Assembly: GCA_030704615.1 (NCBI GenBank)
Contig: CM060732.1
Span: 8,494,001 to 8,558,000 of the forward strand
Direction of reading: 5' to 3'
Source of the DNA: Takakia lepidozioides
Taxonomy: Eukaryota > Plantae > Bryophyta
DNA length: 64,000 nt
The position numbers were made by a program, and so were the translations under genes. The notes under the pieces are model-generated. The model ran no database searches, was not told where the DNA came from, and saw nothing but the letters and a program-made list of their open reading frames with translations. Every line of letters starts with the position of its first letter. Position 1 is the first letter of the stretch. Below, one piece after another: positions 38,101 to 51,275 of the stretch.

Positions 38101-41100
38101 TCATCGGCAATCAGGTTTGATCAATGAAACACTATAGCAAAAGTGAGATTGAACAAGGCAGCAACTCACTTGAATCCTTTTCCTCAAACTTCTCATCAGG
38201 ATCCTCATCAACAATACGCCGAATCATGTCCAGGGCTTTGCGTACCAGCTTCTTCTTGATTGTCTTCAAACTACTGTGCTGCTGCAGCATCTCTCGTGAC
38301 ACATTAAGAGGCAATGTGTCCGAGTCCACTATACCCTGCATTCAAAGACCAGTCTGTGGTAAGCAACACATACTTTCACACCAAGAACTTTCACACCGAG
38401 CAATATACACACGAAGTAACAACTTAACCTGTCTATACTCAATTGAGCACAACCCTGCAACTTGCTGTGGGCCCAACAGGCACGGGATGCCAAGTGCACA
38501 AACCTTGAGGAAGTTGAGATACTTTGGAAGAAGTTCATCAAATTCGTCTGAAATGAAGACTCGACGAACATACAACTTGAGCATTGCCTTATTGGCATAG
38601 TAATTTTCGAACATGTCATGCGGGGCACTGGGGGGAATATAGAGGACTGCCTTGAACTCCACATCTCCTTCGGCATTAAAGTGGGTCCATGACAATGGCT
38701 TATCACTGCTGAAATCCTGTTAAATGAAACAAACAGCAGATCAGTGGCTGGACATGGGGAATTTGGAACTATGGTTGCTTCTTTACCAAAAATACTATGA
38801 ATGCCCTTGGGAAAGAAAGTGATGAAGGTGTCCAGCTAAGACAAAAAGAAGCTTCTTGATTCAGACCAGTTACAAATATATGTACCTTTGCCAAAGAATG
38901 GTAAAACTTGTCATACTCCTCTGGGGTGACATCTTTTGGAGTCCGAAGCCAAACAGCCCTTACATCATTCAAAAGCTCCCAATCCCAATGTGTTTCCTTG
39001 ATTGTCTTTGTTTTTGGCTCTGCAAACAAACCAGGTAGAGACAATTGGAAATTATGCTTCATCCTCACTAGGTAATGTGATCCAGGGTTAACAAATCCAC
39101 TTTCCATTCGCTGTACAAATAAACTTCCCAGCAAGGACTTCCTAAAAACCTCTCCTGACAAATGGCAGCATCTTTCCTGGCTGGTTCTCTACAAGTACCT
39201 ATTTTAACCTCAACTTCCTTTTAACACTCTCCTTAACAAACCTGCTTGATCAAACATACCAACCCTCTATTATAAAAGTTGTCACTGCCACTGCAAGAAA
39301 AGTATTTGGTCACCCTTAGCCCCCCCACAATGTTGAGTTACTAATTTAGGCAACTATCATTTAGTATTACAGCTTCTGCTCCAAGTTGCTAACTAAATCG
39401 CTCTCAACAAGACCAATGCCTCCAGAAGCTCAGGCCAAAGAAGTAGACAGCGAGTGGTACTCACTCTTCTCTCCTTCCTCTTCTTCCTCTTCAACTGTTT
39501 CTTCCTCCTCCATTGAATCTTGGTCCACATCTGGTATCAATGAACAACAATACCATTTCACCAAATCTGATTGATTCTTCAAGTACAAAGCCAACCAACC
39601 AGATTTCTCTGCTGGTGACCTCCATCAGGCAAATCAACCATGTGTTGCCTCATTAAAACACAGTTGGTGACAAAGTTTGTGGTCTATGTTACAATCTGGA
39701 CACCAAAGATTCTCCGTCAGCTTGGCAAACTATACATCACGAGGGCAGCACTTACAAACACAGAACAAGACAAGTGAAGAGCCAGTAACCGATGCAATGT
39801 CAAGACTGTGTGTTATCAGGGTTCCATTATCCTTTGCATTCTCACGAGCTACGAGAACTGAATATTTTAAGGTTACAACATAACTTCACGTAAACATGGC
39901 TCACCACTGATCTCCTCTTTCTCAGTCTCCTCTTCCTCATTGGCAGGTACTTCAACATCAACATCTTTGCTTGCCCACAGGTAAATGGGGAAGTTTATGA
40001 ATTCTGAATATCTCTTCACCAGTTCCTGTAGGTTCAGAATACAAAGAGTCAGACTGCCACACATTGTTTGACTGCTAGACAACTTTCGCTACAGCCATCA
40101 CTACCAGCATATGTGACAATGTGATTTGTCTATGGCTTGTATTTCCAATACATAGTCTACTTTAAGGTAAAATGGTGTGAAATTCTTCACACATGGCAGC
40201 AAGGGATTGTTTCCAGCAAAATATTGGATATCCTCTTGTGCAGTTGTGCTGGTTAACCCCACTAGTCAAGGGCATTTTCTTGAAACTGGGAAGAGACGTC
40301 TGTGAGACATTAGTAGAAGGAAACATCTTTTCCAAATTACTTACCCGCAGTTTGTCCTCTTCTGCATATTCACTGGCCTCCTCCTTGAGATGAATTCTAA
40401 TTTCTGTACCCCGACCAAGGGGCTCATTCTCTGTGTCCTCAGTAACCGCAAAGTTGCCGTCGGCTTTTGACTCCCAGATGTATCTGACAGGGTGCAACAG
40501 AAATTACCAGTAAACTCAAATACCACTGACCAAACAATGCAGAGCATGGGAATGAATAAGGAGACTAGTAGATACCTCCATATTCACAGACACGGATTCA
40601 GTCGATGGCAATTAGATATGCTACCCTTGTGCATGTGCAATGTCCACTTCATTACAGGCCAGGGATAGGCCTCAATTTCCTTGGTGAGAGAACACCACAT
40701 GCTGACCTGGTGCTTTCTCACACTGTCCTAGCACTAAAAACTCTCAAAACAAAGAAACACCTACAGCTTGGGCTAGTATAAGTTCATATCAGACCAAACT
40801 GATCCAAAGCCTCAAAACAAAAAGGTTCTATGAGATCCTGAGAAGCTCAAGATATATGACTATTACAGTCAGTAGCACATTCACACATAATTGTAAGTGA
40901 TTAAAAATGTTTTAGCGAGACTAAAACAGTCTATTCCAAAGACCTCCATGCCTGTTAAAAGAGGCATTATCAATATAGAACGACTTACTGTTTGTCATCA
41001 TTGTGTTTGCTGACAACCTCAACATAGTTGGCAATCAAATAGACGGAGTAGAACCCAACCCCAAACTGCCCGATGAGATTAAGATCACCTCCTTTCTGCA

Positions 41101-43764
41101 TCTGCTCCAGAAAAGCTGCGCTTGGAAAAGGACCATCTAAAAGTTAGTCATGTTCACCTGTCTACAGATAAATGGGAAACAACGAATGTTTTTTAATACC
41201 ATGTACAAGCTCTGGCAGTAAGCCTAATGATTTGAAACAACAATACAAAATCCCTGCTCCTTTAGTTGCCTGTTGGTTCAACATCCTATGGAATTCCTGA
41301 AGTGATGCACCAATAAACAACCGACTGTAGCCTTGAAAAATATAGCAACACACCTCAAGATAAGCTGGAGAATGGTATCACTGACATATTCCCACAACTG
41401 ATGAGACAATACTTCCAAATCAAATCTTATCTCAATTTGCTTAAAGTAGGAGGCAGATGGGCACTACACCTGATGTCCCTGATTTCGCAATGGTACCAAG
41501 ATTCTTGATGAGATCTTCCTTGGTCATACCAATACCCCGGTCTCGAATGGTTAAGATCTTTTTCTCCTTGTCCAACTTGATCTGTCACATTACAAGTACG
41601 AACAGTCCCGCAGTGTCCTCAGTTCAGTCATCCTTCACATTGGAGGTGACTAGCATGCCCCACTTCCAAATGTCCAGTTGACATTTCTGGGCAGTCAGTT
41701 GGTGTGGTTGAAGAAGTGGCCCCTTCACTCCACAGATGTTACCAACAGTTGAGAGAACAGGTTCTCAGACAGGCAATTTTCAAGTCCATAACCTCTTCGG
41801 GCTGTACAATGCCCTGTCCAATCCACATGGACACTCAAGTAGACTTTGAAAAATTAAAATCCTTCCTCCAACCCCTTCCTCAAAAGGAAAGCAACACATT
41901 CTCAGAATATGAGACTCATGTGCATCCTCTACATATATGAGGGCAATCGAGGGACAAAAGCTTACATGAATATCAAGTTTGGCATCATCTCCTTCACCGA
42001 GAATAGTCTTATCGGTGAGAGAAAGGAAGCGAATCTTGTCCAAGGCCTGCATTCATGAAATTGTCAGTGAGTAACAAGCAGACCCCATCTGTAGGGCACC
42101 CCAACATCTGTCTATGATCCCTAAAGATAAGGACCATTAACGTTAGGTCCACCTGAGATGCCGTCCTCCCTAGAACAAGAGCTGTAAACTCCACTGTCAT
42201 ATGAAGTGCTGAGGAATACCAACCTTTGGAACTCACAGTGTAATCTCTTCCCTCCTTGAAGGCAATGAGGAAAAAGAATATACACATCATCACATCACGA
42301 CCTGTACTTGCATAGTAAGAACAGAGGTAAAGAGAGTTTAGCAATGTGTTGAGAGCTTTGACACTTTCAGCTCCCAAAGCAAGTAGTTCATTACTGTTGG
42401 CAATGAACAATCAACCTCACTAGTTTACTGTCTGCATGATAAGAGCTGTGCCAAGCTTCAATAGAAGCTCGATATTTCACAATAGAACCTACATTCTTAC
42501 ATTCAAGTTGATACAATCCATGAGGTGGACAGAAGTTAAGTACAGGTACTCACATCTGAGGCATTTGAGATGAGTTCTCGCAAGAAAATGTCCTTATTGC
42601 TGTAGAGAGAGTTGATGATGATATCCATCAACCTAGAAACCTCTGCCTGAAACTCATACTTCTCCGTAGGAGCCCTCACTGTTTTGGCGGACATGGACTC
42701 ACTTTCTCTGCATCAGAAAAATGGTGTTCCAAGTTTTAGAATCAGCTGTTCACAAGGTATTTTTGAATGATCAGTCCAAGAGGAAAAGCGCACTGCTGGA
42801 CAATCCCCAAAACCCCCAAATGGATTGCGAGGGCGTGCGAGTATTTGTAGCTTTCCTATGAAACGACGAACACATTTTGCTTCTCTCCGCGATGTTTTTA
42901 TGGACAACAATCAAACTTCTCATCGAGAGAAAGTGAGACAAAAAGGAGAGAAACCTTTGCACAACTTCAGCATCAGTGGTCAAGCCACTTGGCACACCCC
43001 CAATCTTTTCCTCAACTTTTGGAGCATCTAGTACTTCTTCCACTCCGCTTTCTTGCGCATTCACTCTTGCATGTGGACCTGCGAAATTGAACAGCGAGTG
43101 GTAAGAGAATGCACTCATAAGACGTTGACTGCCGTACCCTTGTGGCCATAGACCCCGCGCCAAGTTCGGGCGAGTGGAAAGAGAGAGGAAGACAGGGACG
43201 CGCAGGACCAAACACAGAAGCAAAAGCATGGAGACTGAGAAACGCATGAAGAGAACAGATCTTTTTCCCTCCCCCAAGAAAAACCACAGGCTGCCTTTCC
43301 ATGTGAACATAATTTGCTAGGAAAAATACATCTCTGACAGACAACCATCTAGCATTGTGTTCTTGTAGTTCATGGTCCTTTTCTCATCGCCATCCGACAA
43401 CACTGGGCTTAGGCAAATGCCTCTGATGACGACTTTTCTTAGGGACGGATAGATTAAGATTCCTCCACCAAACCGACTTCACGTCCTCTGCAAGCTAATA
43501 AAAGCTCTGGGAGCCACATTGTTCCTTGCAAAGACCTGGTCCGGTTTCTCTCTCTACCCCTATTCCAATCCCAACCCCTCATCCTCGTCCACCCTCTAAA
43601 GCCTCAGCGTCTGTCTCCCTCCGCCTTTCATTCTATGACTTGCACATGTCCTTCCATTCGCCAAGAACCACAAACAAAATCCCACTAAAGTACGTACTCT
43701 GAACTTGTAAAAATGCAAGCGTGAGCAGCAGACAGAGCGCTGCAGCAGCTGCAATCCGGGCCAT
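35110..43764 (-). CDS. HSP90-7: Endoplasmin / ER-resident HSP90 (GRP94, SHEPHERD orthologue), 18 exons: 43764-43698, 43078-42955, 42707-42554, 42046-41966, 41581-41470, 41115-40989, 40483-40345, 40025-39905, 39530-39465, 39019-38886, 38716-38504, 38335-38170, 37763-37601, 37262-37112, 36988-36779, 36513-36310, 35808-35584, 35238-35110
   Basis: Signal peptide [23 protein letters not shown]90 signatures [87 protein letters not shown]-terminal KDEL then stop. All introns GT-AG with consistent phase. Confidence 0.98.
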
Positions 43765-44495
43765 GGTCCACCAGAATATATTCAACACTGTCCTTCTCTT
43801 TTCACACGAAATAGGGATCACGAGCAGCACCTCTCTCTCAATCCCCCTTCTTCTCAGACTCTCATCACAATCAAGTTTTTCTATTCTTCATCGCAAAAAA
43901 CCGAACATGTATACTCCCTTTTCTCTCCTTCTCCACAGATCAATGCAGCGCCTCCTCCGATCAATGCAATCTCGCACATCAAAGCAGGATCTAGAGACGA
44001 GCCGTTCCTGTAACCTCAGCCAGTTCATCTGACTGCCAGTCTCCGACCTCCGGATAAACAAGCAAACCCGGAAGTCCGGACGCGCCACTAATATTTTCAC
44101 AATATTACTTTTATTCCCACATGGATGTCATCCACAGAAACAAACATTCATCATCCATCGACGCGGAAACGCATCCCCGGTCGACGACAACGGCAAACGT
44201 GGGCGCGTCGCCGGCCGGCGGCTCGCCCTGCCGGTTTCGCCAACCGGAAACCACCGCGTCACCATACGCAGTTCGGACCAATGAGAAATCAAATTTTGTG
44301 CTGGGACCTCGCTACAGCCAATCTCAAATGGTAATGAGGTGTCACGTGGATCAGTCCTTTCTTGGTTTTGTTTTGTGTATGTAAATTTGGGGACATTTCT
44401 GGGGGGTGTTGACGAGTGGAATAGCGTCACTTCTGCTTCTTGTTATTGTGTCTCGGCCAATGAGAGTCGTTTATTTCGAGCGGGGGTGCTGAGGG

Positions 44496-44514
44496 CCAAT
44501 AGATGGCCAACACG
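44496..44514 (+). promoter_or_regulatory. Plant ER-stress response element (ERSE-I, CCAAT-N10-CACG) with overlapping G-box
   Basis: CCAAT AGATGGCCAA CACG(TGG), ~730 bp upstream of the endoplasmin ATG. Additional CCAAT boxes and TCACGTGG at 44343 nearby. Confidence 0.75.
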
Positions 44515-44632
44515 TGGCTACATTGGCGTTGCAGCAGCACTCGGCGCCAAGGCGGTTCTGGCGAGAGAGAAGAGGGATATAGAGTCTGGAGACGCGGCCT
44601 TGGAAATGCAATGCTCTTCTCTGGCTGACTGT

Positions 44633-44860
44633 CTAGGGAATTCCAAAAATGCCTTGATGTGAAATGCATCACAATTCAAGTGATCGCCCACTAAAAGTAC
44701 GCAATTCAATTGAACTGCAAAAACTACCTTGAAAACGATTCAATTGGATTGTGCGCACGCAATTCAATTGAATCGTCATCTCACAATTCAATTCAATTGG
44801 CGATGGTTCAATTGAACTACGAAACTCAAACCTAATTCGCAATTCAATTGAATTGTAATC
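44633..44860 (+). mobile_element. Truncated DNA-element end with CAATTCAATTGAATTG palindromic repeats (copy 1)
   Basis: TAGGGAATTCCAAAAA(T/G)GCCTTGATGTGAAATGCATC... is shared with 50880. Confidence 0.7.
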
Positions 44861-46167
44861 TATAACTGTTTAGTTTATAAAATACGTACTCAATTCTGTA
44901 TATACAATAGGCATATATCCCTATCAAATACATTGTACTGTTTAAAATGCAAGCTGCACTGCCCGTCTTTTCTTTCTGTTCGTGGCAAGGCGCCCGTGCT
45001 CGCTAAAGCTGAAGTTGAGCGAGAACAGCTCGTAAAGCGTTTGGATAGGTGTTGGTGGGCCTCAAAACGAGAGGATCAAAGAGGTAGAGGAGGAGCAGCA
45101 GCAGCTGGAGTAGCAGCGGCGCCTCTCCAAGTTGTTCAGTGTTACTCTTTTCTCTCAACACACTTTAGGGTCTAGGGTGGAGCAATGCGTCTGCTTGAGC
45201 GTGGAAGCCTTGGAAAATGGCAAAGGTCTGTGGTGTCCTGGGAGTCGTTGGAAGTGTATTGGATGTCTCTTAGTATGTTCACCATGAGCCGGGGCTCTTG
45301 TGGCCCTCTGGAGATTATACAGTTTTTTTTTTTCTTATCTCTTTCCCTCTTTCTGACAAATTGCTCCTTTCTCATGTTCCTGTTCTGACCCTGGCTGTGC
45401 ATGAGTGCTTTGGCAACCTTGGCCTGAGTTCCATAGCTTGGGGAATAACCCCAGAACCAACGCTGGGAGGGTCAGACTTTTTGTTCTGTGCCATCTGAAG
45501 GGTATCCTATGACACAAAGGTCAATGCGTGTGTCCATTATGCGCTCATATAGCAGGGATTGGAAGCTTAAACACTAATACAAGCTTTGGGATTGGTGTGT
45601 TAGATGTGTTCATTACTCTGACTTTCTGTTCTCACAGGAAATTGCAGAGTCAAAAAGCATGGGCGATCAGGCGTTGGCAGAGCTGAGGGTAAGCAAGGTG
45701 AAATTTTCCTCCCTCCCTTGGGATGGCTAGAAAATCCAGAGGAAGATATAAGGTCTAGCCTTCGCTCAATTTATAGCACCTTTGACTAGACCTTGACATG
45801 GTTTGCAATTGGGAGTCTGCGCAGTCACACAAGGTTTTATTACAGCATGGTCAAGGTTCTCTGGAAACTTTGATGAACGTCAGGTTTCTTTAATTACTTC
45901 TGAATAATCCTCTGATTTAGATCATACAGCAACGGGAATCAGATGGCGAGTGCTAGGGATGGAGCAAAAGCCAACACAGAGCTTGTGAGGAACGAACTAC
46001 GAACGGTCTGTGCATTGGTTGAGCGCATAAGTTCCCTCATCGTGACATGGGTAAGACATGGGTTGAAGTGCTTGAATGTGGTTGGAGTCATCCTGGTCCA
46101 TCGGTTTTCTAAATATATGCATTATTCTTTATCCATTTTTCTCTCAGTAGGAGATTGTAATGATTTT

Positions 46168-46385
46168 CGGATACATTGTCCAGGGTATTCTCACCAAAGA
46201 GTGACCCTCGTCAGGAACATGAAGAACATTGTTCCAACATCTCTGTTCACCAACTTTCAAAATCTTGAGGCTGAGCCTAAAGCCCTGACCCTCACAAAGG
46301 TTGTGTCTCTTCCCTTTTGTTCCGCCAAAGTGGGCGCGGGGTTATGGCCATAAGACTACAACAAACAACGTCTATGAGTACATTC
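46168..46385 (+). mobile_element. 3' fragment of the RTE/RTEX-like LINE family
   Basis: Aligns, with internal deletions, to 55410-55760. Ends ACAACGTCTATGAGTACATT. Confidence 0.85.
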
Positions 46386-47394
46386 TTACTTAGTAGTCCC
46401 CTCATATGTGGGCCCCAAGCACATCATCTTTTACTGCCAAGACATTACACTCATAATCACATTGTCTGTCTCATACCTGAATGTTCCTTCAGAGTGAGGG
46501 TGAGGTGGCAAGGCTTAAAGAGGCTGGGGAGCAATCAAGGGAGCACATTGCAGCGCTCCATGCTGCTCGGAAAGGGTGGCTTTCATATCACACCAAACAA
46601 AGGTGCCTGGGGTCTGGTGCTCGGACCTGGACCCTGCTAATTGATGATGAGTCAGCAGGGTTTGGGAGAGAGCAGCATGGTCATTTTTGGGGGGGTTAGG
46701 GTGGTTAAACTTGAAAAAAATAGAGGGAGGAGCAAGGGGATGTAGTGAGCAGATGGGGGAGGTGGGGAGAGAGAAAGCATGGTTCGGAATGTACTTATAC
46801 ATGTTTGAACAAAGCATTGTGACCATAGACCATAGTTGCGTCTAGTTTGGATGGAACAAAAGCAAATACATACTACTTTTGTGATGGGGTCACTCCGGTT
46901 TAAGTGTAACTGACTGCCCTGTAATAAAAATCTTGGTCGGTTTGAATGTGGCTCCTTGGAAAGCCCTTCGCACAAGTATCAACTTGTTCTGTGTCAGCTG
47001 CCCAATATTAAATCCCAACAGAGCCAAGGCCAAGGCCAAAGTTTTAAAGTTGGTGAATACAGGTGCAAGACAGCATGAGATATGAGGCTGCCTGCAGAAT
47101 CATTCACATCATAATATAAAGCAGTTTGTTGTAGAGGGAAAAAGAATAATGAGATTATGTGTGATCATGTAACTGTAGCTAGACAATGGAGTTGCAGCCA
47201 ACAGTATCGACTTTGTGACTATAACGTTCGTCTTGGACTTCTCTCCAAGTAAGATGAATGGCTTGCGAACACATTTTGCTACGGAGAGTAGTTGTTGGTT
47301 TCAAAGTACCTTTAGTTCATTTACTAGATAGCCTATGTGAAGTTCAGTCACATAAGTCTCTGGGGAGTGTGTGAATGGTACAAAAGCAGTTGGC

Positions 47395-49088
47395 AGCATG
47401 AATAACAACCATTTTGACAATGACAAGGTAGTGGATTATTTAGTACTTTATGTGGAAGCAATGTTGAATGAGTTTGTCACAATGAAATCAATTGCCAAGG
47501 CCCTTTCTTTTCATGATGTACGACCGTTGAAAAGATTGTTATCAGAAATCCAAGGGTCTCCTTTCAAAGTCCATCATCAACTTAGTAGCCAACGCTTGTG
47601 TGAAAAGATTTGAGAGTTACTTCCTATTGAAGAGAATGGGACAAATTGGGAATGAGAATAGTGCAATTTGCCTTAAGGAGGTCAAATTTGCGGATTCCTT
47701 GAAGGAAGGTGGGGGAAGCTTTGAAAATCATCTCACCTTACCATTATGAGCGTAGGAGAAGGGCACAGGCAATTCGGAGGACTCAGTATAATGTGACAAT
47801 GCCTATGGCTTTATGGCACATTGATTGTAAGTATTTTATCTCATGCATCTTAATGTTCTTTGAAGATGCACATGCAAGACGTTTGCTTGCATTACATATC
47901 GTACAAAATTGTATGCAAACTAAAACATGTATGCAATTCGTGATGCAGCTTAAGACAAATTGGTTTTGTTTGGTCTTCGAGTACATGGTGGCATTGATGG
48001 GGCCTTTCGTTTTGTTTTATTGGAAAATGTTGCAAGAAACAAGAAAGAAAAAACCATTTTCAAATGATATCACAATGCAGTTTCCAAGTTTGGAGCACCT
48101 TTATGAATTTGCTCTGATTTTGCGGGAGAGTACTATCTTATAAAACAACACACTAAAGCCACGCGTTCTGAAACACCCAATCCTTACTTGTTGGGTCTTC
48201 CACACACAATCAGGTTAGTGTTGTATACAATTCTATCTTGCATATCAACTTTATGTTTCTGTCATATTTCTCGGTTCATCTCTATTAATCATTGGAAATT
48301 TAGTTGTGTGTGATTTTGTGCATATTTCTAATATTTTGTGTGGTGTGATCCCCACATTAGAGGATTGAACACTTTTGGCGGCATCTATGGGAGACGGTAA
48401 TGTTCTACTATTCTAGGCAATGGTCAATGATGAGTTATTGGATATGGATGATCCGTGGCAACGAGAATCTTTTATTCACGTATATATGCCCATTGTACAA
48501 GGAGCTATTTATGAATACGTGAAGATTTGGAATGGACATCTTGTTCGCACGATTAATGAAAACGGTCGATATCGTCAATCACATGTTATTGCTCGTTTTT
48601 TACGTGAGTATAAACGTTTGCATGGATAAGCTCATGGTTTTATCTTGTTTGTACTTTCATTGTTAAGCTATAATCTACATTGGAATGTTATTCTACTGTG
48701 GTGATGTGTTTGATCATACAGAAGGACCATCCACCTTATTGATGACCCATGATTTATTGAAGACTCCCAACACATTGGTAGCCAAGACTTGGGGCCTCGT
48801 GGGAATCAAAGGTGGCGATGTGCAGCTAGTTTGCATGATCTTCCCACCAAAGGAGCTGAACTCATTCCTGACATGATTCGTGTCCGTGCACAAGCTTATG
48901 AAATTGGAAAGGTTGGGAAGGATTCGATCTTTTGTTTTCATCTCCACTACTACATGTCTCGATATTGTGACTTGGCAACGCAAGAACATAAATATTTTGA
49001 TCCATTGGACCTCATTGGTAATACTGTGTGGAGTACGGAAGCTCTCCATTGTTTAATTACACAAGCTCTTGTATGTATGAGATTGTGA
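47395..49088 (+). pseudogene. Degenerate, intron-containing IS3EU-type (integrase-core DDE) transposase
   Basis: PMALWHID / HGGIDG / KFGAPL*ICSDFAGE / THNQ / RIEHFWRHL / YVKIWNGHLVRT, in the order expected for eukaryotic IS3-like transposases. Introns start at ~47827 and ~48214. Many stops. Confidence 0.75.
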
Positions 49089-49861
49089 TTAAGTGAACAA
49101 GTGGGACAATCACATTCAAAGAGTATTGCTTTATGTAATGTACTTTAGGGATTTTGTTTAAATATATCCTTTCATCTTCGGTTACTTTTTGACAAAGTGA
49201 ATCCACACCATTTATTATTGTTTGGTATCATATGGGGCTCAAATCCTGCTATATTGTCATGTTAATGGTTTATATGAACGGGGGTTAGTTTTCTTATATA
49301 AAGAGAGTGGTGGTTTGAGCTGACTTGTATGGGCTACCTCGCGTACATCCAAAGGGTGTGTACACTACAAGCATTCGTGTCTTTTCCGAATCGACTGCGT
49401 GTCCGAAACCACTGTGGGAACAACTTCGCAGTCCACGTTACGACTGGAGAGTTGCAATGGACAAGGCAGGCCCACGAGGGCATTTCAGATGGCGGGTAGA
49501 AGTTGGGTCAATGACTCCGGAGTCGTAGCAATAATCGCGGCTATTTAATTCAATTACGTAAATAGCCAATATTTAAAAAGCGGCAATTACAAGTGGTTTT
49601 AAGCACTGGAGAAATGACTCGAAAACCAAAATCCGTATTCTTAATAAATTCAGTTTTGTATTTTTTTAATGGGGGTGAATATTTAGTCGTTTGTACCACT
49701 CCTTTAACAACTAGGCATTCATTGCACACCTTATTCAAAGATGCAATTTCCGTGAGTGCTGTACGTGGCTCATGACGTGGAATATTTCAATTTATTTTAG
49801 CTCTTTGTGCGCCTCATAGACATTAGGGTTTAGCCTCTCGTTGGTTGGCAAGTTGTTTTAA

Positions 49862-50569
49862 CCCCTAAAGGACGAGCTAATTTTTGGGAGTTTTCCCAAA
49901 AAGTGGGCTATACCCTCCATTGCTAAGTTGTAACTTCTTACCCCCTTATATCCAGCTGGATGAAACGTTCCATTCCATCCCTACCTACTACATGAAGGTC
50001 CTCAGAAAATTGTAGCACTTTTGACCATTCCATTTAGTAGATTATAACAAAGGAAAATTGGCCAAGTTGAAACCATGAACAAAAAAAGAGAGGAAATTTT
50101 GCTTTGACCATGCAAGTTTGGTGATTTTACATTTTTTCTTGAAGAAATGGCCTCCAAAATCTGGATAAGGGGCAACCAACAGGTCATCTCCTATCTCAGA
50201 CCAAAATGCCAAAAATATGGGGGGCTGCTTTGTATGTGAAATCTGGGGGGTAAATTATCTTGTTTTGGCTTCTTTCCCAAGTACACCCATGAGGTGACAT
50301 TTGTTTTCCAATTCCTCTGGTAAGCAAGTGCACAGTAATATTTCATGGTGCCTTGTCCAAATCTAACATTGGATTTCATGAAACCCTGGCACTTTGCAAA
50401 ATTCTAGGGAGTAGAGCTTTTATGATTTTTTGCTGCTATAAATTCCCATATGTGCTCCTCTTTGACATCTACAATTTCATCTTCAAGGTTCACTTCCATC
50501 ATTATCATCCATGGGAATTGGAGCTTGGCAAGTAATCTAACGCGACCCGAATCCGTCGTCCTTTAGGGG
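49862..50569. mobile_element. piggyBac-like non-autonomous element (708 bp)
   Basis: Perfect 14-bp TIR CCCCTAAAGGACGA / TCGTCCTTTAGGGG. Flanks TTAA (49858-49861) and TTCA (50570-50573). Confidence 0.75.
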
Positions 50570-50699
50570 TTCATCGTCGGATGTAAAAGGATCTAAGGGT
50601 TGAAGACTAAGTAGGCCCTTCGCTAAAATTCATCTCAGGGTTGGGAGAGTGATGGAAGCTTTGGAGAGATGTGAGCAAGTGATGCGGGAAGGACTAAGA

Positions 50700-50875
50700 C
50701 CAAAGCTGGAATTGTACCGGATGTTGCTGTGAGCACTGCTATAGTTGGACATGCTATAATTAGACATGTATGCCAAATGTGGGAACATCAAGGATGTGAA
50801 GGGATTGTTTGACCATATGGCTCAACGAGATGTGGTGTCATGGAAGGCAATGATCGCAGGATGCACAACAAGGGC
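50700..50875 (+). pseudogene. PLS-class pentatricopeptide-repeat fragment
   Basis: AGIVPDVAVSTAI...[34 protein letters not shown], frameshifted and cut off by the repeat at 50880. Confidence 0.85.
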
Positions 50876-50879
50876 CGTG

Positions 50880-51275
50880 TAGGGAATTCCAAAAAGGCCT
50901 TGATGTGAAATGCATCGCAATTCACTTGATCACCCCCCTAAAAGTGCGCAATTCAATTGAATTGCAAGGGCAATTCAATTGAACTGCTAAAACTAGCTTG
51001 AAAACAACCCTAATTTGCAATTCAATTGAATTGTCGGCACACGATTCAATTGAATTACGAATTGGCAATTCAATTGAATTGTTGACTGCAATTCAATTGA
51101 ATTGCAAGGGCAATTCAATTGAACTGCTAAAACTAGCTTGAAAACAACCCTAATTTGCAATTCAATTGAATTGTCGGCACACGATTCAATTGAATTACGA
51201 ATTGGCAATTCAATTGAATTGTTGACTGCAATTCAATTGAATTGTGAATTTGCAAATCAATCGAATTGCGAATTG
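50880..51275 (+). mobile_element. DNA-element end with CAATTCAATTGAATTG repeats (copy 2), including an exact 140-bp tandem duplication
   Basis: Homologous to 44633. 50951-51090 is repeated at 51091-51230. Confidence 0.8.
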
